Positions 1 to 9,622 of a stretch of 64,000 nucleotides of DNA are shown piece after piece (positions within the stretch are counted from its first letter, which is position 1; each line of letters begins with the position of its first letter). The notes below the pieces were generated by a model. That model ran no database searches. It worked only from the letters and a program-made list of their open reading frames with translations, and was not told the DNA's origin. Source of the stretch: Candidatus Woesearchaeota archaeon (GTDB lineage: Archaea > Nanobdellota > Nanobdellia > SCGC-AAA011-G17 > GW2011-AR18); assembly GCA_018302105.1 (NCBI GenBank), contig JAGWAD010000022.1:13434-77433 (forward strand). Direction: 5' to 3'. The position numbers and the translations under genes are program-made.

Positions 1-438
1 TTCAACCAAGCTTTTGATTCTTATTTTGTTTATAATGCCTGCCTGATATAATTCTAATAAGAATCTTAATGTTCCCTTTGTTTTAATTCCAAGAAGCTTT
101 GCAGTATTTCTTCCTAGTGATTCATCAATCAGTATATATTCATTTTTTAACTGCATTGCTAAAACAATTGTTTCTGCTTCTCCCAAGTCAATGTTGTATT
201 TTTTTACAAGCAATTTAGAAAGTTTAGAATATTTTTTATCAAAAAAAACAATTTTAATTTTATTATCTTTATACAATCCATTTAATAATAAGGCATCAGT
301 CTTGTTATTTTTAATCCCATTTTCTATAATTTCTTTAAAAACCTGGGGGGAAATTTCTATCAGACTATAAATTTGTAACAATTCTTTTAATAATCCGATT
401 TTTGCAATTGTTATTAATGGTGAAGCATTTGATATCAA
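1..438 (-). CDS. PIN-like (DUF3368-type) nuclease domain protein, putative toxin. Partial: the 3' end runs off the window edge.
   Basis: Hand translation of the minus strand gives (TTG)ISNASPLITIAKIGLLKELLQIYSLIEISPQVFKEI..., the typical N-terminus of the DUF3368 PIN-like family. The TTG start overlaps the upstream antitoxin stop by 4 nt. No stop occurs before position 1. Confidence 0.5.
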   Translation of the reverse strand, partial: MISNASPLITIAKIGLLKELLQIYSLIEISPQVFKEIIENGIKNNKTDALLLNGLYKDNKIKIVFFDKKYSKLSKLLVKKYNIDLGEAETIVLAMQLKNEYILIDESLGRNTAKLLGIKTKGTLRFLLELYQAGIINKIRIKSLVE

Positions 439-734
439 ATTAAACCCTCGAAATCATCTTCCAGATCTTTAACTGTGTAATGAAAACTTATCTTTCTTTG
501 AGATAATAAATCCATAAATGTGGATAATGGAAGATCAGCAATTTCTGCTGCTTTTGTTATTGTTGCTTCATTTTTTGAAAATTTATCTATTGCAAGTTCT
601 AATTTTTTCTGTTTTATTCCACTTTCAAGCACTTCTCTTAATATACTTGATTTGCTTCTTTTTTCTAACTTTGATAAATTCTCTATCTCTAAAGCTTCCT
701 GGTCCCCAATCCTAACAGATATTGTGTCTGCCAT
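435..734 (-). CDS. UPF0175-type HTH antitoxin-like protein
   Basis: 99 aa. C-terminal helix-turn-helix ...ITKAAEIADLPLSTFMDLL.... Overlaps the start of the downstream PIN-like gene, the usual toxin-antitoxin arrangement. Confidence 0.5.
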   Translation of the reverse strand: MADTISVRIGDQEALEIENLSKLEKRSKSSILREVLESGIKQKKLELAIDKFSKNEATITKAAEIADLPLSTFMDLLSQRKISFHYTVKDLEDDFEGLI

Positions 735-788
735 ATGTATACAAATGTAGTAACTTGTATATAAATCTTCTCCATAAAAATATAGCCT

Positions 789-1505
789 CTAAAATTTGAA
801 TAATTTCCTTATAGAAAAACCTGTTCTTCCATTTTCGTGGTTTTTATTTAAATCTAAATTTCTAATACTATAATAAACTTTCAAATCTTTAACTAGTAAA
901 TTTTGAGGATATTGTTGAGGACAATTATTAATTAAAAGTTTGACTGCCTTATTAGAGATAGAATCAGCTGACTCAGGGAATAGATTAACAGGATTATTTA
1001 AATAACTCATTAATACAAAAACCATTTCATCAGTTTTATTCATGTCTAGATCTTTAGTTGATGTTGTTCTGTCTTCCGAAATAATAAGGTTAGTTAAATA
1101 GTCATTATCAAATTTTAAAATAGCAATAGGATAAATTGAATTTTCGTCATTATCTTTAATCTTTCTTAACAATTGTAATGAGTTTTCTCCATTTTCAATT
1201 TCAGCAACATATAAAGTTCTTAATCTTCTTACAGCTCTAAATAAATTTAAATCTTTAACTAGTGTATCTGCAATATCTTCAAGTTTATTTTGGTCTTTTT
1301 CATTTCCTAAAACTTCAACTTTATCATTAACTAAAATATTAATTCCGTCTAATAGATAAACATATGTTACATTGGGATATAAATTTCTATCTTCATAAAC
1401 TTTTGTCCCATTTTTATTTAAATAATTAATAATATTGCATTTTTGTTCATAAGGTATCCCCAATCTGGGCTGATTTCCATTTAATTTTACAATATAATTA
1501 TTCAT
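789..1505 (-). CDS. hypothetical protein (238 aa), second gene of an uncharacterised cassette
   Basis: Complete ORF on the same strand, 33 nt downstream of the 514-aa ORF and 54 nt upstream of the antitoxin. No recognisable motifs. Confidence 0.45.
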   Translation of the reverse strand: MNNYIVKLNGNQPRLGIPYEQKCNIINYLNKNGTKVYEDRNLYPNVTYVYLLDGINILVNDKVEVLGNEKDQNKLEDIADTLVKDLNLFRAVRRLRTLYVAEIENGENSLQLLRKIKDNDENSIYPIAILKFDNDYLTNLIISEDRTTSTKDLDMNKTDEMVFVLMSYLNNPVNLFPESADSISNKAVKLLINNCPQQYPQNLLVKDLKVYYSIRNLDLNKNHENGRTGFSIRKLFKF

Positions 1506-1538
1506 AAATTAGTAATAAGATAAAATTCTTAAGTCTTG

Positions 1539-3083
1539 TTATTTAATATTCAAGAATTCAATAAGTTCCTGCTTATCTATTCTATATTTTTTTGATAAAA
1601 CACCTAAAGACATTTCAATTCCAGTTTCATCTTTCTCAGATTTAAAAAATTTATACGAATTTTCAGGATTATTTCTTTTTAAAATTTCCTGTCTTGCAGA
1701 ACTTAATCTATCATTGTCGCTTCTTCCCTTTGCTAAATTATAAGCTGAAGCAGGTTTATTCTTTAAAAGTCTATTAAAAGCAAATTCATATCCGACATTG
1801 TCAGCATCAATTAGCCAAAAACAATAAACACGTTCATCTTTATCTTTAATTTCTTCATCTATTAATTCTGATCTTAGATTCATTAATGTTCTATCATTTT
1901 TAACATCAAACTTTCCACTTTTATATCTCAATTCATAAGCTTTGGAAAAATCTCCCTTTCTTCTATATAATGTACTTATCTTTGCTAATTCTTCTTTATC
2001 CTCTGCAATACTTGCAACTTCTTCACGCACTTCTAATGGGGTTTTTTTAGGGAGTCTTGGATAAAATGCTTTTACATGTTCAACTTTAATCTCTAATTTT
2101 TCATGGCCATCCCCCCTACTTTGGCGTTTTATAAATGCAAGCATTGCTGCCTCAATTATTTCATCTCCAGAATAATTATTTGCTGATAAAATCTTATAAG
2201 CTTCAATAGGTTCATGTTTAAAATTAGCCTTAGCCCATTTTACTCCAAGCCTTTTATATTTTATGTTATCTAATGTAACATCATAATTTCTCAAATTTCT
2301 TACAGCAAGATCATCTACTTTTGCCTGAAGATCATCATTTAATTTAACACCGCTTTCATATACAAGATCAAATAAGAACTTTCCAAGACCTTCAAATTGC
2401 TTCCCAGTTGCAGGATTTGCTTCATTTAATGACAATACTTTATTTACTAAACTTTCAACTTTTTCTTGAGAATGTCTGACAGTCCATCTAAGGATATGTA
2501 AATTATCAAATGAAAAATTTTCCATTAAATAATTATGAAGATTATCTATGGCACTATTGTTTCCTGTTTTCAAAAATAAATTATATGCTGCTCTTGGATT
2601 ATTATTTTGAATTCTTAAAGCAGTATTATTTGTTGTTTCTATAAATTTTTCTTCACCAATATTTTTTCTTACAGTCCCTAAAGCTTTCATTGAGACAACA
2701 TAAGGCAAATCTTCTCTTAATGCCAATGAATATAACAAATCATTTTTTTCAGCCTTATTTAACAATTCAATAAATTCAAATGCATCACTATAATGGTCTT
2801 CATCTTCTCCTTTATCACTAACAGAAAAATTCTCTGCTGCTTTTCTATATATTTCATCTTGATTTCCAGTAAATAGAACCCTTGCAGTCGGGTTATCATG
2901 GATCAATTTAATTGCTTCATTTAATCTTCCTTTTTCAGCAAGGGTATTAACCATTCCATTTATAATATCTGCTCTTTCAGTAAGTTGTTTCTTTGGCAAA
3001 ACTCCATTAGCTAAAACCCTATCTTCCAAGCCAAGGTTTACATAAAGACTTCCAAGATTTTGTTCTTTTGTTTGCATTATCAA
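1539..3083 (-). CDS. hypothetical protein (514 aa, soluble, helical). Weak HEPN-like Rx4H motif (LRWTVRHSQEK).
   Basis: Long uninterrupted ORF. No TM segments and no known catalytic motifs apart from the R-x4-H string. Confidence 0.45.
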   Translation of the reverse strand: MIMQTKEQNLGSLYVNLGLEDRVLANGVLPKKQLTERADIINGMVNTLAEKGRLNEAIKLIHDNPTARVLFTGNQDEIYRKAAENFSVSDKGEDEDHYSDAFEFIELLNKAEKNDLLYSLALREDLPYVVSMKALGTVRKNIGEEKFIETTNNTALRIQNNNPRAAYNLFLKTGNNSAIDNLHNYLMENFSFDNLHILRWTVRHSQEKVESLVNKVLSLNEANPATGKQFEGLGKFLFDLVYESGVKLNDDLQAKVDDLAVRNLRNYDVTLDNIKYKRLGVKWAKANFKHEPIEAYKILSANNYSGDEIIEAAMLAFIKRQSRGDGHEKLEIKVEHVKAFYPRLPKKTPLEVREEVASIAEDKEELAKISTLYRRKGDFSKAYELRYKSGKFDVKNDRTLMNLRSELIDEEIKDKDERVYCFWLIDADNVGYEFAFNRLLKNKPASAYNLAKGRSDNDRLSSARQEILKRNNPENSYKFFKSEKDETGIEMSLGVLSKKYRIDKQELIEFLNIK

Positions 3084-3204
3084 AGTGCAATAAATATTTA
3101 GTTAATAAATCTTTTTATGATTGAATACATAATATTTAGTCATTGCTTTTAAATATTTATGTTAAATCATAATCCTTTTAAACTTGAATAAAGATAATTA
3201 AACC

Positions 3205-4080
3205 ATGCAAAAAAGAGTGCTAATCTGCGGGGCAGGTTCTATAGGTATATATTTAGGTTTGATGTTGCATACACATAACAATTATGTTGAATTATTTGGA
3301 AAAAGAAAATTAAAAGAAATTAAAGATCATATTAAAATCAATAATAAACAATTTAAAATTCCTAAAAAGATTTTTAATCTTACAAAAAATAATTATTATG
3401 ATTTTATTTTCATAACTGCAAAATTATATAATCTTGAAGACATTTTAAAAATTATTAATAAGCACAATATAAAATATAAGCATTTAATAAGCATTCAAAA
3501 TGGTCTTGTGGATAATTCAAAATATCATTCAATTATAGGAAATAAAAAACTTTTGATAATATCTGTATTTGAAGGTTTTAGATTAAATAAAAATGAATTA
3601 ACAATGACATCTACAAAATTAGGCTGGAAAACTGAATATTCAAAAGAAGGATTAGAAATAGCAAAATTATTATCAGATTCTGGAATAACCTGCCATGCAG
3701 ACAAGAATTTCGATATATTGAGGGCTGAAAAAACAATAAACAACTGCTGTTTAAATGCATTGTCTGCAATAAATAAAACAACATTTGATAAACTATTCTC
3801 AAATCCTAAAACAAGAGAAATAATTGATTTATTATTTGATGAATGTTATAATATATTGAAAAGAGATTTTGATTTAGAAGATTATAAGATTTTAAAAAAA
3901 AGAATGTATAAAACGTGGTCTAAGATGAAGCATTATTCATCTACTTGTCAGGATGTTTTATCTGGAAGGAAAACAGAAATTGAATTTTTAAATGGTTATA
4001 TAATAAAATTAGGAAAAAAATATAATTTGCCTGTAAAAGAAAATGAAAAGATTATTAAAGAATTTAAGAAAATTAAATAA
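3205..4080 (+). CDS. 2-dehydropantoate 2-reductase family protein (ApbA/PanE-like)
   Basis: N-terminal Rossmann motif VLICGAGSIGIYLG. Length and layout match the ketopantoate reductase family. Confidence 0.6.
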   Translation: MQKRVLICGAGSIGIYLGLMLHTHNNYVELFGKRKLKEIKDHIKINNKQFKIPKKIFNLTKNNYYDFIFITAKLYNLEDILKIINKHNIKYKHLISIQNGLVDNSKYHSIIGNKKLLIISVFEGFRLNKNELTMTSTKLGWKTEYSKEGLEIAKLLSDSGITCHADKNFDILRAEKTINNCCLNALSAINKTTFDKLFSNPKTREIIDLLFDECYNILKRDFDLEDYKILKKRMYKTWSKMKHYSSTCQDVLSGRKTEIEFLNGYIIKLGKKYNLPVKENEKIIKEFKKIK

Positions 4081-4113
4081 TTATTAAAAATAGTATTCTT
4101 GGGATATGGTTTA

Positions 4114-4542
4114 TTAAAATATTTCCAATTTTATATCTACCAGAAGCTTTTTTGTTCTATAAAATAAATTTATTATTATGCCTGAAATTGAAAAAGCCAT
4201 TATGAATTCTATTAAAAGATAAATTTTTGCAAATATAAAAAGTCCAGTTTTAGATAATGCATATTCAAGACCAATAGATAAGAAGATTAACAAGCCTATA
4301 ATAATTAATATATAACAATAAAAACTCATTAGTTTATCTTCTTTCTTTTCACTATCCTTTATTAGAAAACCAGGTAGAATAAATGCAATTGAGATTAAAA
4401 ATAGGAAGTATTCTATATTTTTTTCGGAATATGCTTTGTATAAACCATTTATAGCCATAAAAAATAAAGCCATTAATATCGCTTGTATTAAAAAAACAAA
4501 CCAGTTATTTTTTATGTATACAATGTCTTTTGTTATTTTCAT
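4114..4542 (-). CDS. hypothetical membrane protein
   Basis: 142 aa with four hydrophobic segments. Confidence 0.35.
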   Translation of the reverse strand: MKITKDIVYIKNNWFVFLIQAILMALFFMAINGLYKAYSEKNIEYFLFLISIAFILPGFLIKDSEKKEDKLMSFYCYILIIIGLLIFLSIGLEYALSKTGLFIFAKIYLLIEFIMAFSISGIIINLFYRTKKLLVDIKLEIF

Positions 4543-4554
4543 TTGGAATATAAA

Positions 4555-4711
4555 GCCACCGGAGGGACTTGAACCCCCAGCCTGCTGATCACTTTGAGAT
4601 CATTTGCTATTACAGCATCAGATGATCAGCTTACAAGTTTCAGCTATTAAATAACAGCTGCTCTGCCATTGCTCCTATTTGAAAGAATCAAATAATTTGA
4701 GCTACGGTGGC
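4555..4711 (-). tRNA. intron-containing tRNA (about 157 nt), anticodon not resolved
   Basis: Perfect 7-bp acceptor stem GCCACCG/CGGTGGC. T-arm GGGGG-TTCAAGT-CCCTC. D-stem GCTC/GAGC, with an insertion in the D-loop and a long insertion in the anticodon region. Confidence 0.6.
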
Positions 4712-4784
4712 TTATAATAAAAAGAAGTAAATAAAGACTTTAAAAACATTTCTAGTTTCTGTCAAATATCTAAATCTAAAGAAA

Positions 4785-5357
4785 TCAATTCAATTTAACA
4801 AAACCCTTTATTATGCAACTTCCAACAGGAACAGCTTTATTTACTCTGTTTCTGATTTCTTTTTGTAGATTTCCAGAAATTAAATCTCTTACTAAGTCAG
4901 TATAATTCATTTTTTTAATAATATCAGCCAATAACTGTCTTGTAGTTATTCTTATAGAAGTTAATTTGGAATTTACAGCTTTTGATCTTGTTATTAATAT
5001 AGGTTTTATCCTCACATTTTTATTATCTTTAGTAACATAACTAAAAGAATCTTCAACTTTTTCCTTTCCAGGTCTTGACAATCTTTTAAATTGTGCTTTC
5101 TGTAATTCATAAGATATAAATTCAGTAAATAAGTTATTTTCCTTATATTCTACAATTTTAAATTTAACATTATTGCTTTGTTTTTTAGAATCATTAGTTA
5201 AAAACATTAAATTTACTTCAACAGTAGTTCCTACAGATTTTGTTGGATCTTCAACATAAGTTTCTCCAATTTGGTAATTAGAAAACTCTTTAGATGCTAA
5301 AATAGGAACCCATTTCTTGTTTTTCTTTACTTGCGCTGTTGTTTCTTTCTTTGCCAT
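4785..5357 (-). CDS. rps3ae: 30S ribosomal protein S3Ae (eS1)
   Basis: KKWVPILASKEF...IGETYVEDP...VGTTVEVNL matches the archaeal S3Ae N-terminus. About 190 aa. Confidence 0.8.
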   Translation of the reverse strand: MAKKETTAQVKKNKKWVPILASKEFSNYQIGETYVEDPTKSVGTTVEVNLMFLTNDSKKQSNNVKFKIVEYKENNLFTEFISYELQKAQFKRLSRPGKEKVEDSFSYVTKDNKNVRIKPILITRSKAVNSKLTSIRITTRQLLADIIKKMNYTDLVRDLISGNLQKEIRNRVNKAVPVGSCIIKGFVKLN

Positions 5358-5364
5358 TTAAAAT

Positions 5365-5727
5365 TTGGCAAGGAATTATGTTTATAAAGCTTTTTGTATA
5401 TTCAAACTTATGGAAAAAGAACCAGTTTTTGTAGATATTGGCGGAATAGATATAGATTTGGATGTATTTTATATTTTTAGATATTTACATGATTTTAAAA
5501 AACAGGGATTTAATGAAGTTACAGCAGGTACTGGAGATTATTATACAGACGCAGGAAATGATTTTAGATTTACTTCAATTCTTGCATTTTATAATCAGAA
5601 AAATCAAGAAGTTTTGGTTTATGGAAGGCGTGAAAAAAAGAATACTAGGGAAAAACAAGAGCTTGAAATTTTTTGCAGTGAAAGACAATTTAAAGGGATA
5701 TTAGAAAGTTACAATATTAGATTGTGA
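5365..5727 (+). CDS. hypothetical protein
   Basis: 120-aa ORF divergent from rps3ae. No motifs. Confidence 0.3.
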   Translation: MARNYVYKAFCIFKLMEKEPVFVDIGGIDIDLDVFYIFRYLHDFKKQGFNEVTAGTGDYYTDAGNDFRFTSILAFYNQKNQEVLVYGRREKKNTREKQELEIFCSERQFKGILESYNIRL

Positions 5728-5889
5728 AATAAAATAACAATTGACAGTTTATTATCAAATAAAAGAAATCAAGATCTGCAAATTGAATTAAGAGATACAA
5801 TTAATTAATAAGTTTTCATAAGTTATATTAAATAACTTATATTTTTCTTTTGCTAAAACTTTATATTTACTTCAATTCTTGTATTTATT

Positions 5890-6381
5890 GTGGAAATCTT
5901 AAAAGGATTAGCAGAACAAGTGGCAATTCAATATATGAAGAAAACTGCAGAAACTGCAGGAAATGCAACTTGCTTAAGGGATAAATGCGGTTCAATAATT
6001 GTTAAAGAAAATAAAATTATAGGAATAGGTTTCAATTCTCCGCCATATAATTTAGAATCACAAAGAAGATGCAATAACAATAAATCAGAATATGATGAGA
6101 AAGTCAAAGACAAAACATGTTGTATTCATGCAGAACAAAGAGCAGTTATGGATGCACTAATTTATAATAAAGATCTATTAGTAAATTCAGCATTATATTT
6201 TACAAGAATTGATGCTACTGGCAATATCATAATATCTGGGGAACCTTATTGCACTATCTGCAGTAAAATAACTTTAGATTCAGGTATAAAAGAATTTGTT
6301 TTGTGGCAGGATAAAAGAATTGTTGTTTATAATACAGAAGAATATAATGATCTAAGTTTCAAATATAAAAAACATGATTAA
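5890..6381 (+). CDS. CMP/dCMP (cytidine/deoxycytidylate) deaminase family zinc-binding protein
   Basis: HAEQRAV (H-A-E zinc/catalytic motif) and PYCTICS (PCxxC) at the canonical spacing. Confidence 0.7.
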   Translation: MEILKGLAEQVAIQYMKKTAETAGNATCLRDKCGSIIVKENKIIGIGFNSPPYNLESQRRCNNNKSEYDEKVKDKTCCIHAEQRAVMDALIYNKDLLVNSALYFTRIDATGNIIISGEPYCTICSKITLDSGIKEFVLWQDKRIVVYNTEEYNDLSFKYKKHD

Positions 6382-7544
6382 GCAATCTGTTCAACTTTTG
6401 CAGCTTCTAAATTATTTAATATGATTACATTTATCCTTTCCTTCTCAGTTTTATTTATTTTTAATTCAATAAAATTTTTATCAATATTAAATTCAAATTC
6501 TTTCAATTCTTCAGTTAATTTTTTAATATTGTATTCAGAATTATAATTTTTATAGTAAATCAAAATTTCAGTCTTATCATTTAAATCAAAAATTCCAATT
6601 ATTGCTTTATCTTGTTTATTAAAAAAATTCTTGTAAACCAATTCCAGTGCTTTTTTATTATTTGCTAATTTATTTGAATAAATAATTATTGAACTATCTT
6701 TTTCAATTATTTCATTTGATTTTCTATTTAAATAAAACCAGTCAAGGAAATCTAGAAAAATATCCCTGTATTGTTTTACTATACTTATGGCTCTATTTTT
6801 ATATGCTTTAGGCATAAAAGTTTTTGCAATTATTAATGAAGGTTTATTCAAAAATACACAAGCTTCCAAAAATAAGTTAAATTCATTTAAATCTGTTAAT
6901 GGGGAATCCTCATTTGTTATTAGATAATTTTTTTCTTTCTTTAATTCAATTAGTGCAGGATTTCTTAATAATGCGGCTTTATTTAAAATTTCAGATTCAT
7001 TATCATTAAGTTCAAAACAATGTTTATGATTTATGGAATTGGAATTAAGGAATTCATTTACAATAGGTTCATTGTTTGAAAAACCAGGAATAAAAGGATC
7101 AATAGACATTACAAGAGAATTATTTATTGGTCTGCTTATCCCGCCAAATCCAAAGCTATTTTTCTCAGTTATTAAGTTCTTTTCAAATGCTTCTTTAATT
7201 AAATCTTGCACATCTTCTTTGTTATTTACTGCTAAGATCAAATTAAGAAATTTATTTTCCAAATTCGCTTCTTTAATCAAAGAATAAGCAAATATGCTTG
7301 ATAATCCCTCAACTTTAAAATCATTAAAACTTATATATTTTTCATCAATTACTAAAGTATTTTCTTCCATAATATTATCTGTAAAATTTAATGTAAAATT
7401 CTTTTCTTTTAAAAATAAAATTATAATTGAAGAAGCAGCTATTGCATTTGTATTTTTAATAACACTAATCTTATTTATTTTATTTGAACTTAATATCTCT
7501 AAGAACTTTCTAACTCTATCCGAGTATTTTTCCAAATCACCCAT
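6378..7544 (-). CDS. hypothetical protein, possibly a degenerate DHH/RecJ-like fold
   Basis: 388 aa. Only loose resemblance to DHH motif I (ISVIKNTNAIAASSI); the DHH triad is not seen. Confidence 0.35.
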   Translation of the reverse strand: MGDLEKYSDRVRKFLEILSSNKINKISVIKNTNAIAASSIIILFLKEKNFTLNFTDNIMEENTLVIDEKYISFNDFKVEGLSSIFAYSLIKEANLENKFLNLILAVNNKEDVQDLIKEAFEKNLITEKNSFGFGGISRPINNSLVMSIDPFIPGFSNNEPIVNEFLNSNSINHKHCFELNDNESEILNKAALLRNPALIELKKEKNYLITNEDSPLTDLNEFNLFLEACVFLNKPSLIIAKTFMPKAYKNRAISIVKQYRDIFLDFLDWFYLNRKSNEIIEKDSSIIIYSNKLANNKKALELVYKNFFNKQDKAIIGIFDLNDKTEILIYYKNYNSEYNIKKLTEELKEFEFNIDKNFIELKINKTEKERINVIILNNLEAAKVEQIA

Positions 7545-7557
7545 TTTAAATAAAAAA

Positions 7558-8010
7558 TTAAACTGTAAGCTTTATATCCTGCTTATTGTATGCCCATTCT
7601 TTTGGCAAAATGCCTTCTTTTTTATAGTATTTTTCAAGTCTTCTTATTTTTGAACGTGTTATTAATATTCCCCTTTTTGCACCCATGTCTTTATGGTTTT
7701 TTTCTAAATGTTTTTGCAAATTTAATTCCCTTTTTAATAAGCTTGTTAAATCCTCTGGTATTTTTGGCTGCAATTTATGTTCTCCTAAAATCTTTAAAAT
7801 ACTTTTATTTGTTACTTTCTTAACATCAGGAATTCCATAACTATCTCTTAATACTAAACCTATTTGACTTGTTGGTTTCCCAGTTTTAGCTATTTTTACA
7901 ACTAGCTGTTCCATTTCATCACTACTATAAGTTAACCATGTTTTAGGCTTATCTTCTAATGGTTTCTTAGAACCTGCCATTCCTTTCTTTCCTGAATATC
8001 TCTTTGCCAT
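7558..8010 (-). CDS. rps15: 30S ribosomal protein S15 (uS15/S13e type)
   Basis: MAKRYSGKKGMAGSKKP...IGLVLRDSYGIPDV...KHLEKNHKDMGAKRGILITRSKIRRLEKYY is the archaeal S15 signature. The start was moved to the internal ATG at 8010; the longer ORF to 8127 adds a non-conserved extension. Confidence 0.8.
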   Translation of the reverse strand: MAKRYSGKKGMAGSKKPLEDKPKTWLTYSSDEMEQLVVKIAKTGKPTSQIGLVLRDSYGIPDVKKVTNKSILKILGEHKLQPKIPEDLTSLLKRELNLQKHLEKNHKDMGAKRGILITRSKIRRLEKYYKKEGILPKEWAYNKQDIKLTV

Positions 8011-8062
8011 TTTATTTTGGTTAATGCTACTATTTATAAAACTTATTGGTTTTGGATTCTCT

Positions 8063-8536
8063 TCAAACAACGGCTGATGATGTAGAAAATATTTTTTTAA
8101 CAAAAATATATCGAAGAGCCAGACCATGAAAATAACATCGTAAAAATCTATCTACTATTGTATTTTCACTTAATTCAACTTTTAAGTTACTAATACTTAA
8201 AATATCAAAGATTTTTCTATGGGCAGTTACTAAATCTCTTTTATAATGTCTTATCCAAAGCTTTTCTTCTAAGCCGCATACACCAGTTATAACTCCTATA
8301 ACTTTGATTTCTCCATCATATAAAATATCAACATGTGAAGGTATTAATTTTTCATAATTTCTTTTATTTTGATCATCTAAAATTTTGGCAAAATCAATAT
8401 GTTCAATCTCTTTGGGTACAAAATATATCTCATCTGCTTCTAAATCACACAATAAACTTATCCTGCCTGGCTTTTTTCTATCACCATATTGCAAATAAGA
8501 ATCTAAACTGATTTGTTCACACAATTTCGGTTTCAT
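8063..8536 (-). CDS. hypothetical protein, paralogue A of a tandem pair
   Basis: 157 aa. Shares the (F/Y)xVPx(D/E)IEHIDF ... VITGV motif with the adjacent ORF. Confidence 0.45.
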   Translation of the reverse strand: MKPKLCEQISLDSYLQYGDRKKPGRISLLCDLEADEIYFVPKEIEHIDFAKILDDQNKRNYEKLIPSHVDILYDGEIKVIGVITGVCGLEEKLWIRHYKRDLVTAHRKIFDILSISNLKVELSENTIVDRFLRCYFHGLALRYIFVKKIFSTSSAVV

Positions 8537-8577
8537 ATATAACTTAAAAAAGGAAAAATATAAAAAGATATACTAAA

Positions 8578-8997
8578 TTAAGCTGCATATTGCATTATTG
8601 GTTTATCTTCTTTTAATGTACCAATCGGAAGTTCACCATTAGAAATAAAGTCATGAATCAATTTATGTGCTTTTTTTATATTTTCTTTACTGTGCCTAAC
8701 TCCTGCACCCATTTCTAAACTGCTAACACCTGTAATTACCGAGTCAATGTATCCATCATCATTGATATGTATAGTAGAAGGAACTAAATGCATTGCAGCA
8801 AATGGATTTTGTCTAAGTTCGTTTCTATTATCAAAATTTATTAATTTACATATGAAATCAATATGTTCTATATCCACAGGTACAGGAAAAATTTCTTCAG
8901 TAGTGACATTCACAAAAAAAGTAAGTAATCCCTGATATTTTCTATTTCCATATTTTTCTATAACTTTCCAAGTTAATCTATTAATAGGTTTAGTCAT
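8578..8997 (-). CDS. hypothetical protein, paralogue B of a tandem pair
   Basis: 139 aa. IFPVPVDIEHIDF...SVITGVSSLE aligns with the neighbouring gene. Confidence 0.45.
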   Translation of the reverse strand: MTKPINRLTWKVIEKYGNRKYQGLLTFFVNVTTEEIFPVPVDIEHIDFICKLINFDNRNELRQNPFAAMHLVPSTIHINDDGYIDSVITGVSSLEMGAGVRHSKENIKKAHKLIHDFISNGELPIGTLKEDKPIMQYAA

Positions 8998-9028
8998 AAA
9001 TTTTCATTTGTAAACTTATATATAAATT

Positions 9029-9100
9029 TAGCCCATGGAGGATTCGAACCTCCGTCAGAGGATCCAGAGTCCCCTATCCTTGCCGCTAGACGAACGGGCT
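9029..9100 (-). tRNA. tRNA-Gln (anticodon CTG)
   Basis: Acceptor AGCCCGT/ATGGGCT, discriminator A. Anticodon stem GGGGA/TCCTC with loop CTCTGGA. T-arm GGAGG-TTCGAAT-CCTCC. CCA is not encoded. Confidence 0.8.
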
Positions 9101-9120
9101 GTGGAATTAGAATCAAAACT

Positions 9121-9132
9121 CAATTTATTTAA
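9121..9132 (-). promoter_or_regulatory. TATA-like element about 25-30 nt upstream of tRNA-Gln(CTG)
   Basis: TTATTAAATAAA on the minus strand, at archaeal promoter spacing from the tRNA 5' end. Confidence 0.25.
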
Positions 9133-9622
9133 TAATTTCGGTTATATACATTGTTAAGTAAGGGGGATTAAAATCATAAATCCTTTAGAATTTTTAGGGT
9201 TAATGATATTAATTCTATTCATTATTTTACTATTTTTAAGTCTAAAGAAAGAAATAAAAAGGAGTATAATAAGATTATTTAAATGATAAAATGGCTTTAT
9301 TGAGCAAAAAAACAAAACAGACAATACTAAACATACTTGCAGTTTTAGGCATTCTATTGGGTTTAATAGGTATAGGCTTGTTAGTTTATAAAATAATCAT
9401 AGGATTATAACAATATTAAAACTCAAAGATGTCTTGAATATTATTAGTTTCGTATTTACTTTATTTTTGATAGTTTATGGCTTTTCAAAAGGTTATGACT
9501 TAGTGGAATTAAGCATTTATAACCTATATTTTATTACAGAAATAGTTTCACAATTAATCAATTTATCAGAAAGAGAGTAAAACTTCCTTTAAATTAATAA
9601 TTTCGGTTGTAATGATTATAAA

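Noticed and set aside
9118-9612. Shared 15-nt motif TTAATAATTTCGGTT at 9124 and 9598
   Set aside because: There are only two copies, both in AT-rich spacers. One overlaps a TATA-like box, so chance or promoter-related similarity is more likely than a repeat element.
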